Shown: in pieces, positions 49,455 through 61,360 of the stretch | How the letters are laid out: every line of letters begins with the position of its first letter | How positions within the stretch are numbered: position 1 is the first letter of the stretch | Origin: Isurus oxyrinchus | Taxonomy: Eukaryota | Direction of reading: 5' to 3' | Length of the DNA stretch: 64,000 nt | Assembly: GCA_026770705.1 (NCBI GenBank) | Contig: JANJGN010000034.1 | Location: 13,144,001 to 13,208,000, forward strand | Made by a program: the position numbers and the translations under genes | The notes under the pieces: model-generated | Seen by the model: only the letters and a program-made list of their open reading frames with translations | Database searches by the model: none | What the model was told of the DNA's origin: nothing

Positions 49455-50850
49455 ATTCTCCTCGGAACAGGGGAGGCCAAGGGGAGATTTGATTGAAACA
49501 TCCAAAATTGTGAGGGACCTGGATAGAGTGGTTGGGAGGGCCTATTTACTTTGCCAAGATGGAGAGGGGCCATGGGTTTAAAGTGATTGGTAGAAAGATT
49601 AGAGAGGAGATGAGGAAAAATGTTGTCCTGGGCAAGGAGGGGGATTAATTTAAGCAGCCCTGATTTCTCCTCTCACCACCCAGCCATAAACAGAAAAGTG
49701 TTTCTGATTTTTTTACCCCTTTATAAGTGGTGGTGTGTTTCCCAACCCCTCAGTTTGGGTGTGACCCGATTTTCTATTAAAAACCCCACAGCAGACCTGA
49801 GCTAGGGTGAACTCAGAGGGTTAGTTGATTTGCACACACTCAAAATGCGACTGGGGACTCGCTATGGAGCCCTCTCTGCATTCATACAGTAAAAGGGGGA
49901 TCGAGAAAGAACGGTTTACAGGCCAAAGACCACAGAGAGAAGACTTATTCCTTCACATGAGTCCAGGGTCCAATGGTGTATCTGTTCACAGAGGTTGGCA
50001 GGCTGAACTGATGCTGGATAATTCACTTTTCCAATAGAGTTGCCTTCCACAGTATAAATGGGGCCAGGTATTCAGTCTAGCAGAGCCTTTTTTCCATGCT
50101 GCTGCTAGGTAGATGGGAAAATGGCAGAGGTTCTTAGTAGCACAAGGTAATATCACTGGTTCCACTAGCTAGGGGTTCATGTCACATGATTCCCACCTCT
50201 CCATTTTGGCTTTAACAAAGGCTCTGCATCCCTCTGTCTGGGCCCCTCAGATTGCTAAATTTCCAACCATGAAGTCTCTAAGGGAGGTTGCAAGGCCTTT
50301 TGTCCTGGCAGATGAATCAGCTCCAGTTGGCCAGACTTGGTTAATGAAATGTAGATGGCCTTTGTATACTTCGTTTTGAATTTGGCCTCTGCAGCCCACA
50401 GGAGGTGTTAGGGTCACTCCAGAGATAATGAGGTGTCAGTTCCTGAGAAGCTGCCATATTAACTCATGTTGTTCGAGGGTCACAGACAGATATAACTCCA
50501 GCTTTTTCTAAAAGGGTCTTTGTCCAGCTTTTAAAATCTTAGAAATAGCCATGAGGATATCTATATATGTTTTATAAAAATATAGAGTGTGAAGTCTTAG
50601 CCCCCTAAAACTTTTTCACCCAGTGGGTTGTGAGGGTCTGGAACTCACTACCTGAAAGGGTAGTGGAGGCAGAAACCCTCAATTCATTTAAAAGGTGTCT
50701 GGATGTGCACCTTAAGTGCTGTAACCTGCAGGACTACAGACCAAATGCTGGAAAGTGGGATTAGGCTGGGTGCCTCGTTTCTCAACTGGTGGAGACAATG
50801 AGCTAAGTGGTCCTTTTTTGTGCCATAAACTTTCTATGATTTCTATCATT
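49455..50850 (+). mobile_element. CR1 3' end interrupted by a ~1-kb insertion (49621-~50610, possibly a solo LTR)
   Basis: CR1 sequence stops at gagatgaggaaaaa and resumes at ctttttcacccag (~50611). The insert begins TGTTG. Confidence 0.7.
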
Positions 50851-51914
50851 TCCTATAAGGAAAAGGCTCATGTTACGATAATGCATTCAATGCAAGGAGC
50901 TGACAGCTAGACAATACACCCCTCCCCCCCCCCCCCACCCCCCACCGGTTTGCACCAAGCTGCGTCTATAGTTCTAGCCAAAGCTAGAACTCCTTAAGTT
51001 AAGCTCCTCAAGATTGCCTGAGACCTTGCTATGCAAGTCGGCACCACCCTTCAGTTCGATGTTCCTCCCTGAAGAGACATAGAAGATGGGATGGGAACAG
51101 CTCGGCGATCAGGTGTTCAAGAGTCCGCTGTTTGTCCTGGGATAATGCAAGTCCGATTGTCATAAAAACCCAACTGGTTCACTTCAGAGAGGGAAATCTG
51201 CTGTCCTTACCTGGCCTGTCCCTACATGTGGCTCCAGGCCCACAGCAATGATTCTTAAATGCCCTCTAAACAAGGGGCAATTAGGGATGGGCAATAAATG
51301 CCGGCCTAGCCAGTGACCCCCACATCCCACGGACGAATTACGCGCAATCACCAAGGCTGGCTTGATAAGAATGTTGGAAACGTCGCCCATCCTTCTCAAA
51401 CAGAAACAGCCTCTCCGGTCACCAACCAACCCTCAAGCCTTTAAAAACGCTAAGCACAAGCTCTCGAGGTCTTCAGGGGAAACGCAGAATGACTGGTGGG
51501 GGAAACGTAAAAGCTGGTGGGCTGCGACACCCACCGAAAGGCCTGATCCGTGTTCTTATAACGTGCTGAAGACGGTATAGGGCCCACTTTGCTCCCACTG
51601 CCTAACAGCAGATAAGAAATAGGCCAATCACTGATAAGGCAGCTGCCTGAGAACGAAGGCCTGTCCCTTCCACCGAAGGTCTGGCGAAAGCCACTCGAAT
51701 CGACCGAGCAAGGCAAGGACCGATGCCCCAGGCGGCTTTCCGGGCAGTGATTTTGGAAACGCAACAGTACAGAGCTTGTTAACAAAGCTGCAGCCGCCTT
51801 CAAGAGAATCCGGGCTCAGGGGTTGGGGAAATCTACAGCAACTCAAGAATGTCAGCAACTGGAAGTGGAGAGGATCGAAAAATGCACATGACAACCAGCA
51901 AGGAGTAGGCCTTA

Positions 51915-54615
51915 ATAATAAAAGCAAAGAAGTGCGGATGCTGGAAATCCAAAACAAAAACAAAAGTACCTGGAAAAACTCAGCAGGTCTGGCAGCATCG
52001 GTGGAGAGAAACACAGTTAACGTTTCGAGTCCTCATGACCCTTCAACAGAGCTAAGTAAAAATAGAAAAGGAGTGAAATATAAGCTGGTTTAAAGTGGTG
52101 GGGGGGGGGGGAGGTTGGAGTTGGGACAAGAAGAGCTGGATAGAGGGCCAGTGATAGGTGGAGATAATCAAAAGACGTCACAGACAAAAGGACAAAGATG
52201 TGTTGAAGGTGATGTTATTATCTAAAGGAATGTGCTAATTAAGGGCAGAAAGCAGGTCAAGCAAGGTACAGATAGCCCTAGTGGGAGTGGGGTGGGGTGG
52301 GGTGAAGGAATCGAAAAAGGCTAAAAGGTAGAGATAAAACAATGGATGGAAATACATTAAAAAATAATGGAAATAGGTGGGAAAAGAAAAATCTATATAA
52401 ATTATTGGAAAAAACAAAAAGGAGGGGGAAAAGCAGAAAGCGGGTGAGGAAGTAGTTGAGAGTTCATGATCTAAAGTTGTTGAACTCAATATTCAGTCCA
52501 GAAGGCTGTAAAGTGCCTAGTTGGAAGATGAGGTGCTGTTCCTCCAATTTGCGTTGAGCTTCACTGGAACAATGCAGCAGGCCAAGGACGGACATGTGGG
52601 CAAGAGAGCAGGGTGGAGTGTTGAAATGGCAAGCGACAGGGAGGTCTGGGTCATGCTTGTGGACAGACCGAAGGTGTTCTGCAAAGCGGTCACCCAGTCT
52701 GCGTTTGGTCTCTCTAATGTACAGGAAACTGCATTGGGAGCAACAAATGCAGTAGACTAAGTTGAGGGAAATGCAAGTGAAATACTGCTTCACTTGAAAG
52801 GAGTGAAAGGAGTAAAGGAGCCTTTAGACGGTGAGGAGAGGGGAAGTGGAGGGGCAGGTGTTGCATCTTCTGCGGTTGCATGAGAAGGTGCTGTGGGAGG
52901 GGGTTGAGGAGTAGGGGGTGATGGAGAAGTGGACCAGGGTGTCCCGGAGGGAACGAGTCCTGCGGAGAAAGCGTTGTGGGTGGGGGCCGGAGTAGGACTG
53001 GAACAAGGAATGTTCCACAAATGCCATGAAGAGACAGGCATAGCTGGTGCCCATGCGGGTACCGTCCCACAACTCTCTCCGGTACATCGATGATTACTTC
53101 GGTGCTGCTTCATGCTCTCGTCGGGACCTGGAAAAATTTATTAATTTTGCTTCCAATTTCCACCCCTCCATCATTTTCACATGGTCCATCTCTGACACTT
53201 CCCTTCCCTTCCTTGACCTCTCTGTCTGAATTTCTGGTGATAGACTGTCCACCAATATCCATTACAAGCCTACCGACTCCCACAGCTGCCTTGACTACAG
53301 CCCCTCACACCCTGCTTCCTGTAAGGACTCCATCCCATTCTCTCAGTTCCTTCACCTTCGTCGCATCTGTTTTGATTATGCCACTTTCAAAAACTGGCAT
53401 GTCCTCCTTCTTCCTTAACCGAGGTTTTCCACCCACGGTGGTTGACAGGGCCCTCAACTGTGTCCAGCCCATCTCCCGCGCATCCGCCCTCACACCTTCT
53501 CCCTCTCAGAAACACGATAGGGTCCCCCTTGTCCTCACTTATCACCCCACCTGCCTTCGCATTCAAAGGATCATCCTCCGCTATTTCCGCCAACTCCAGC
53601 ATGATGCCACCACCAAATACATCCCCCCGGCGGCATTCCGAAGGGATCGTTCCCTCTGTGACACCCTGGTCCACTCCTCCCATCACCCCCTATTCCTCAA
53701 CTCCTCCCACGGCACCTTCCCATGCAACCGCAGAAGATGCAACACCTGCCCCTTCACTTCCCCTCTCCTCACCATCCAAGGGCCCAAACATTCCTTTCAA
53801 GTGAAGCAGCATTTCACTTGCACTTCCCTCAACTTAGTCTACTGCATTCGTTGCTCCCAATGTGGTTTCCTCTACATTGGAGAGACCAAACGCAGACTGG
53901 GCGACCACTTTGCAGAACACCTTCGGTCTGTCCGCAAGCATGACCCAGACCTCCCTGTCGCTTGCCATTTCAACACTCCACACTGCTCTCATGCCCACAT
54001 GTCTGTCCTTGGCTTGCTGCATTGTTCCAGTGAAGCCCAATGCAAACTGGAGGAACAGCACCTCATCTTCCAACTAGACACTTTACAGCCTTCCGGACTG
54101 AATATTGAGTTCAACAATTTTAGATCATGAACTCTCTCCTCCATCCCCACCCCCTTTCCGTTTTTTTCCCCTCTTTTTTATTTTTTCCAATAATTTATAT
54201 AGATTTTTCTTTTCCTACCTATTTCCATTATTTTTAAATGTATTTCCATCCATTATTTTATCTCTACCTTTTAGCCTTTTTCGATTCCTTCACCCCACCC
54301 CACCCCCACTCGAGCTATCTGTACCTTGCTTGTCCTGCTTTCTACCCTTAATTAGCACTTCCTTTAGATAATATCACCACATTCAACACCTCTTTGTCCT
54401 TTTGTCTGTGACATCTTTTGGTTATCTCCACCTATCACTGGCTTATTGTCCCAACACCCCGCTCCCCCCCTTAAACCAGCTTATATTTCACCCCTTTCCT
54501 ATTTTTACTTAGTTCTGTTGAAGGGTCATGAGGACTCGAAACGTTAACTGTGCTCTCCTCCGCCGATGCTGCCAGACCTGCTGAGTTCTTCCAGGTATTT
54601 TTGATTTTGTTTTTT
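51915..54615. mobile_element. Penelope-like element with inverted arms (RT + GIY-YIG remnants)
   Basis: Plus arm (~53067-54615) has RT LRYIDD...FASNFHPSIIFT...LPFLDL and GIY-YIG VYCIRCSQCGFLYIGETKRRLG. Minus arm (~51915-53066) has GTRMGTSYACLF joined to a second GIY-YIG copy and a pLTR. Stops and frameshifts are present. Confidence 0.92.
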
Positions 54616-56489
54616 TTAAGGATTATAACTCCTCTCAATCGCTGGGAGGATGTTATAAAAGCCGGTACAGAGAAAATCTTGCCGGGAATCAGGCTTTAAG
54701 GCTGATGGTGTGGAGCTGCCGACATGGTGTCCGCTGGAAGACAGCTTCAAAAAAATTGCGGAAGGAAACAGGGAGGGTGGTGAATGTTTGAAACTCCCCT
54801 TCCTCTAAAAGGCAGCGGAGGCTGAGCTTTTGAATCTTTTTAAGGCGGAGCTAGGTAGATTCTCGATAAGTAAAGGGGTGAAAGGCTATGGGGTGGGGGG
54901 TGGGTGGTGGTGCGGGGGAAGAGTAGGTGAGAATGTGGAGGAATCGGATCAGCCATGACCTTATCGAATGGCGGAGTAGGCCCGAGGGGCCGAGTGGCCT
55001 ACTCCTGCTCCTATCTCGCATGTTCACATGTGTCAGGATCTATTGATGCTGTTCATGGACATAAGTGAAGATTTTTTGGCAGTGTGAGTTCACCTGCTCT
55101 ATTGCACTGTCTCTCCAACCTAGGGTGTCTGAACAGATGTGTTAACATCCTGTACCTACTGCATGGTGGCATGATTGGATGTGTTTATGCAGGTTTTGAG
55201 GTATCCAATGCCTTTGCCATAACTGGTGGCAAAAAGCAAGGGTGTGCCGTCACTCCACAAATCTTCAATCTCTTCTTTGCAGTGATGCTTAAGGAAGCCA
55301 CATGCCTACAGGCATCAGCGTTAGGTTCCACCCAGGAATGATCATTGACCTCTCCCAGCTGCATGCCACCACCACCAAAGTCACGGAGCCTGTCCTCAGA
55401 GAGATTCATAAGAACATAAGTAATAGGAGCAGGAGTAGGCCATTCAGCCCCTCATGCCTGCCCCACCATTCAATAAGTTAGTGACTGATCTGCCCCAGGC
55501 CTCAACTCCTATTTCTGAAGTCTAAAATCAAACTCTGCAAGGCCGTTGTCCTTACCACCCTACTGTAAGGTGCAGAACCCTGGGTCTGGCATAAGCAGTA
55601 AATCAACGATCTGGAAGGCTGCCAACAGGTGATGCCTGAGGTCCTTCATGAGAGACCAAAGGCCGAACACAATCACAAACAAGGACGTTCATCGTGCTGG
55701 GCTCCAGGACATGGGGACCACCCTCCCGAAAATTCAACTCGGATGAGCAGGCCATCTTTCGCATGTGGGCGGCCTCAGAATCCCCAAGCAGACTTTGTTA
55801 GGAGACCTGTCTCAGGGCAAACCACGTCAAGGTGGTTAGTGCAACCAATACAAGGAAAGCCAATAAAACAGCCTTACAAACCCCTGCATTGGAGGTTTTC
55901 AGGCTAAGAGGTTTTCTGCTGCACTACTCTCACACAAACCGTGGTCACCTGGTCAGGAGCCAATTAAAATGTTGTTGACAGGCACTTCCTTATTAGACCA
56001 GACTCCTCCTTGGCACCATCCTGTCAGTCATGGCACACTCTGTTCCAGGACAGCAATATTGTATATATCCCTCACACTATTCCAGTAGACATGTCCTTCA
56101 AACTCAGCCATTGTAATTTTAATCCACAGTCCATCTTCCCTTGGTAAACACTGCAGCTGAGTGGCCCACGTGGAGTGAAACACTGAAATTTGGCCCAGTG
56201 TGCTTTGAGGACCACCTACACCAACCTCACAACATTCGCTGTGCTTAAAGGAAACCTAGAAATGGCACAGCTGCGGAGCTTCCCTTAAGCACCAACTATA
56301 ACAGTATGAATGGCCAGTTCTGTGGATGTTGAGGCTGATCCTGCATTGGGTTCTTCAATCATGAGAGGACCCACAGAAAAGAATGGGGTCATTTATAGCT
56401 TGGGCATACTTGGACATAAGTGAAGTCTACCACCATTCATTTGTGCTCAAGCAGACACCTTCAGCAATCTCCCTCTGTTGAGTATACTA

Positions 56490-57460
56490 GATATTACACT
56501 CTGTACACACAACACCAAATTTGCAAGCCACCCTTGATCTCTTTAATGTTGCATGCAACAAACTCGGCCTGTCCTCGAATGTTGCCAAAACAGAGTTCTT
56601 ATATCAACCCACATCTGGTCAGCCAGATGTTCCACCGCGCATATCTATTTATGGAGCGATCCTGAAATATGTTAAGCACTTCCTATACCTTGTCTGCCCT
56701 CTCTCTCAAAAGGCCACGAGATCATCTCACACCAGAGCAGCTGTGCCAGCCCAGCCTTCTACAAACTATTGTGTGGCCACAAAGACGCCTGCAAGTCAAT
56801 GAAGATCCGAGTGTGCAGGACAGTTGTCGCCACTACACACTCCTGTGCTGCAGTGAGGCCTGGACTGTGTATCAGCAGCACAGGAAAGCGCTAGAGAAAT
56901 TCCATGAGCAATGCCTCCTCCCCATCCTCCGGATTCAATGGGATGACCATTGAGTAAACGCTAGGTTCCTTCTTGAAGACAGCTCCACAAGTGTTCAGGT
57001 AAAACTCCTGCAAATGCAACTCTGACAGGCTGGATACTGTCTGGATGGCCCCTGTAAAGATTTGCCCTCTCAACTCTCAACTGGTCAAAGTTCCAGAGGA
57101 GGGCAAAGAAAACGCTTCAATGACACTCTGGAGCTCTCCTTGGAGGGCAGCAGCATTGATATTAATGATTGGGAGGAACTTGCTGTCAATCATTCAAAAT
57201 GGCAACAACCTGTCCATCAGGTTGCATTACACTTCGAGTCACAACGTCTTAATGATGAGGCAGAGCGGCGGCAGAGAAGGGTAGGGAAGGAAGCAACTCC
57301 TGCACTCCGTATCCCACTACCCCATGGGAATTCCTGCCTCATGTGCCCAAGGATCTGTGGGTGGAGAATCAAACTGTTCAGACACATGAAGGCCCATGGC
57401 AAAAACTCGCAACCTCAAGTAGACTCATCCTCAAATCAAGGGGCAGTCGGTGATGACACG
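56490..57460 (+). mobile_element. RTE-clade LINE 3' remnant (related pieces at ~12920-13050, 46340-46600, 50985-51140, 51340-51905, 55040-55410, 55515-56220)
   Basis: LQATLDLFNVACNKLGL..NVAKTEFLYQP; RGGQRKRFNDTL...WEELAVNHSKW; CLMCPRICGWRIKLFRHMKAH. RT motif GGKKQGCAVTPQIFNLFF at ~55225. Confidence 0.8.
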
Positions 57461-57489
57461 TGGACGCCTTCAGCAATTCCCTGACCCAC

Positions 57490-57860
57490 TGAGGGAGATG
57501 GTAGTGTAGTGGGGATGTCACTGAGCTAGTAATCCAGTAGGCTCACAGTGCTCAGAAGGCGTAGGTTCAAATCCCACCACAGCAGCTGGTGGAATTCGAA
57601 TTCAATTTGTAAATCCTGAATTGTGACCTGGTCTCAGTAATGATACTTGTCCTCATTCTTTGTTGCTCAAAAACCCATCTGCTTCATGACTGCTGTCCTT
57701 TCCTGGGTCTGGCCTACATGTGACTCCAGATCCACAGCAATGTGGTTGAATCTTAACTGCCCTCTGCAATGGCCTAACAAGCCACATCATTGAAGGGCAA
57801 TTAGGGATAGGCAACAAATGCTGGGATTGCCAGTGACACCCATGAAAGAGTGAAAAAAGA
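57490..57860 (+). mobile_element. tRNA-derived SINE sharing its 3' tail with the L2/CR1-group LINE (other copies ~7096-7735, 12297-12645, 51150-51335 on +; 22900-23175, 24705-24870 on -)
   Basis: A-box/B-box-like head (ggtagtgtagtgg...ggttcaaatccc), body ctggcctacatgtgactccaga, tail aagggcaattagggat. Confidence 0.75.
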
Positions 57861-57981
57861 ATAAAAACTTGGTATCCCCCACAAACACAGATGCCTTCAG
57901 CAATCTTCCTCTCTGGGATAATACTTGGTGTTACACTCTGCCTGTCTCTCCCTAAGAAAATTCTATATCAGATCCCCCCTG

Positions 57982-58018
<37 letters not shown>

Positions 58019-58019
<1 letters not shown>

Positions 58020-58915
58020 GTAAAGAACATGTTGTTTTATTTCTGTTGGACTGTGGATTAAAATTACAATGGCTGAGTTTGAAGGACATGTCTACTGGAA
58101 TAGTGTGAGGGATATATACAATATTGCTGTCCTGGAACAGAGTGTGCCATGACTGACAGGATGGTGCCAAGGAGGAGTCTGGTCTAATAAGGAAGTGCCC
58201 TGTCGACAACATTTTAATTGGCTCCTGACCAGGTGACCACGGTTTGTGTGAGAGTAGTGCAGCTGAAAACCTCTTAGCCTGAAAAGGGAAAATACCTAAA
58301 ACCTCTTTCTCCTGTGTGTGTAAGATTCTAGCAATTGTACAATAATAGCTAGCTGTTTTTTCCCCTCATATCTCTATAACCTGGTCTCTCTCTAAAAAAC
58401 ACCTGTCAACAGGAAAAGGGGAAAATCATCGTTAGAGACATTGAAAAGCAAATGCTCAACCTGTGAGCTAAAGACTGAAAGTGCTGGATGACCACCTCAT
58501 GTCATCAACAAAGAACTGAAAGAAATTTGGAATCAACCCATCAAGTCCTGTACTGTGGGATTGGTGCTATTGAACTGTTTTATCCCACCCTTAAAATCCA
58601 TGTTTTTGTGTGCCTTATGTTTCTTGTATGTGTCTGTAGAGGGATTTAAAAAGGGGTAGAGTTTAAGTTATAGAGTTAAAAATTAGCAGTTCATATTTCT
58701 TTGTTTTACCACTGGTTAAAGACAATTTGTTCAATAAACAGTTATTTACTTACTAAGTTTACAAACCTGGTGCTCATATTCTGTTAATCTAAATTAAATA
58801 ATTAGGTAGAATTGGGACAGTCTGGTGGTTTGGTCAAACTTTTCACATTTGTCAAGGCTTGTGCAGCAGTGGGGCTTGATATTACAGCACACTGTTCCCA
58901 GTAAGTCGATCATAA
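58019..58915 (+). mobile_element. Solo-LTR-like element inserted in a (TA)n tract
   Basis: Starts TGTAAAG directly after (TA)n, has AATAAA near 58733, and (TA)n resumes at ~58928. The 3' end is not sharply defined. Confidence 0.45.
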
Positions 58916-59611
58916 TCTATTTATGTGTATATTATATATATATATATCCTATCAGCTCTTGTATCATCTTATGCACAGTGCTCCAAGTGTGGCCAAACCA
59001 AGGTTTGGCGCAAATTTCACTTGACTATGCTGCTTTTAATTCTATGGATCTAGAAATGAATTTTATCCTTTAAGAAATTATCTTCAAATGTCTCTCTATC
59101 TTTGTTCATCAAATCGATGGATTCTTTTTCTGTGTCACTTGGTTTCGTTCTGGCCGCCAATGGCATACGTCCAATTATCTGGTATTTCCAAGAGTCCACT
59201 GATGCACTGAATGGTCATCAGTATTTCAAAGGTCTCTCACTTCGCCTCCCTCCAACCATTGGAATAAGTAGCATCGATCCCTGGTAAATTTATACTTCTT
59301 GAATCTCTGAAAGAAATTAACCTGTCATTAATAATTCCTTTGTGATTTGGGATAGTTTTCTTCAGAGATGACTCACTGAATCTCTCTGCCTCGCTACCTT
59401 TCTCTCCAGTTTAAACATAACACGTAAAACTTCAGAGATATTTTACTCTTTTCAAAAAAATATACTTCATTCGTAAAAGTTAAAGAAGAGTATTACATGA
59501 CTGTTCAAAGTTGACATTGCATAAAGTGCACACCCAAAACAGTTTCTGCAAATGCAGCATTTACTCTACATTCACCAATACAGTTAATATTTACAATATT
59601 CATTACATGTC

Positions 59612-60275
59612 AGACTATCAACATCCTGGGGGGGGTTACCATTGACCAGAACCTGAACTGGGCCAGCCATATAAATACTGTGGCTAAAAGAACTGGTCAG
59701 AGGCTAGGCAACCTGCGGCGAGTAACTCACCTCCTGACTCCCCAAAGCCTGTCCACCATCTGCAAGGCACAAGTCAGGAGTGTGATGGAATACTCCCCAC
59801 TTGCCTGGATAGATGCAGCTCCCACAATACTCAAGAAGCTTGACACCATCCAGGACAAAGCAGCCGCTTGATTGACACCCCATCCACAAACATTCACTCC
59901 CTCCAGCACCGACGCACAGTAGCAGCAGTGTGTGTACCATCTACAAGATGCACTGCAGCAACTCACCAAGGCTCCTTTGACAGCATCTTCCAAACCCACG
60001 GCCTCTACCACCTCTAAGGGCAAGGGTAGCCGACACATGGGGACACCACCATGTGCAAGTTCCCCTCCAAGACACACACCATCCTGACTTGGAAATATAT
60101 CGCAGTTCCTTCACTGTCATTGGATCAAAATCCTGGAGCTCCCTTCCTAACAGCACTGTGGGTGTACCTACACCGCAGGGTGAGCAGCGGTTCAAGAAGG
60201 CAGCTCACCACCGCCTTCTCAAGGGCAACTAGGGATGGGCAACAAATGCCAGTGACACCCACATCCCCTGAACAA
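59612..60275 (+). mobile_element. L2/CR1-group LINE 3' end (shorter copies at ~1255-1690, 2810-3140, 7370-7600, 18780-19070 on +; 37315-37680 on -)
   Basis: KAQVRSVMEYSPLAW..AAPT.LKKLDTIQDKAA plus a shared 3' tail ...cttctcaagggcaattagggatgggcaa. The exact clade is not resolved. Confidence 0.75.
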
Positions 60276-60329
60276 ATTTTTAAAATGCCCTCTGGTATAC
60301 TGTGGCTGAAACATCTTAGACATTGCCCT

Positions 60330-61360
60330 ATCCCCATTGCACCTGTGTGGTGGCTGCCCCAAGTCAATCAGCACTTTGTCCTGGAATGTGCCAGTCTCCA
60401 ACACTCACTCATGGATAGCTCTTTGCACTCAAAAACCAACAAAACACAGGGGGACCAAGGGTCATCTTTCACCCAGTTGATGGTCCTCCAACCGTACCTG
60501 ATGTTATCTCAGTGTGCATCCCTAGGACCAGCCCATAGAACACAGAGTCCTGCATTGTGGAACTGCTCAGGGTGAATCTCAACAGAAACCACTGCATCTC
60601 TCTCCAGACCTTCTTTGCAAAGGCACATTCCACAAGGATGTGAACAACGGTCTCTTCCCCACCACAGCCACCTCAAGGGCAGCGTGCAGAGCGTGTGAGA
60701 CTCCTGGTGTGTAGGAAGGATCTTACAGGGAGGGCCTTTCTCACTACCAGCCAAGCTACGTCTTGGTGCTTGTTGGAAAGTTCTGGCGATGAGGCCTTCT
60801 GTCAAATGACTTTGACATTCTGCTCAGGGAACCATCCCACAGGATTCACCCTCTCCTTATCCCGCAGGACCTCTAAGATGTTACATGCTGACCACTGCCG
60901 GATGGAATTGTGGTCAAAAGTGTTTTTTTGCATAAATTTTTCCATGAAGGACAGGTGGTCCAACTACTTGGAGCGTTCCACAGCCGCATGACCAGACCCA
61001 TCCTTCACAACACTGGGCACAGGTAGAACAGCAGCACGTTGTGACACTTGGTGTTTGCGTACCGAGGGTCTACACACAGCTTGATGCAGCCACACACAAA
61101 GGTAGCCATCAGGATGAGGGCGATGTTGGGCACATATTTTCCTCCTTAATCTTGAGCTTGTACATCACGTCCCTGTGAACACGATCTACTTTCGACTTCC
61201 AGATAAAGCAGAAGATGGCTCGGGTGATCGCCAGCATGCAGGAGTGAGGCATGGGCCAGACCTGCGCCATTTGCAGCAACAGCGAGAGTGCCTCACACCT
61301 GATGACCAGGTTCTTACCCACAATTGGTGGGGGGTGGGTGAGCATCGCTCCCACATACCC
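60330..61360 (-). mobile_element. Tx1/L1-clade LINE fragment, degenerate
   Basis: Homologous to 8440-9197 and extending further 5' (AITRAIFCFIWKSKVDRV). A further piece lies at ~62625-62910. Confidence 0.8.

Noticed and set aside
53090-54130. 346-aa ORF as a functional gene or active Penelope protein
   Set aside because: Its N-terminal part is out of frame with the RT, and the YIDD frame stops at 53229. It is a frameshifted, 5'-truncated element.
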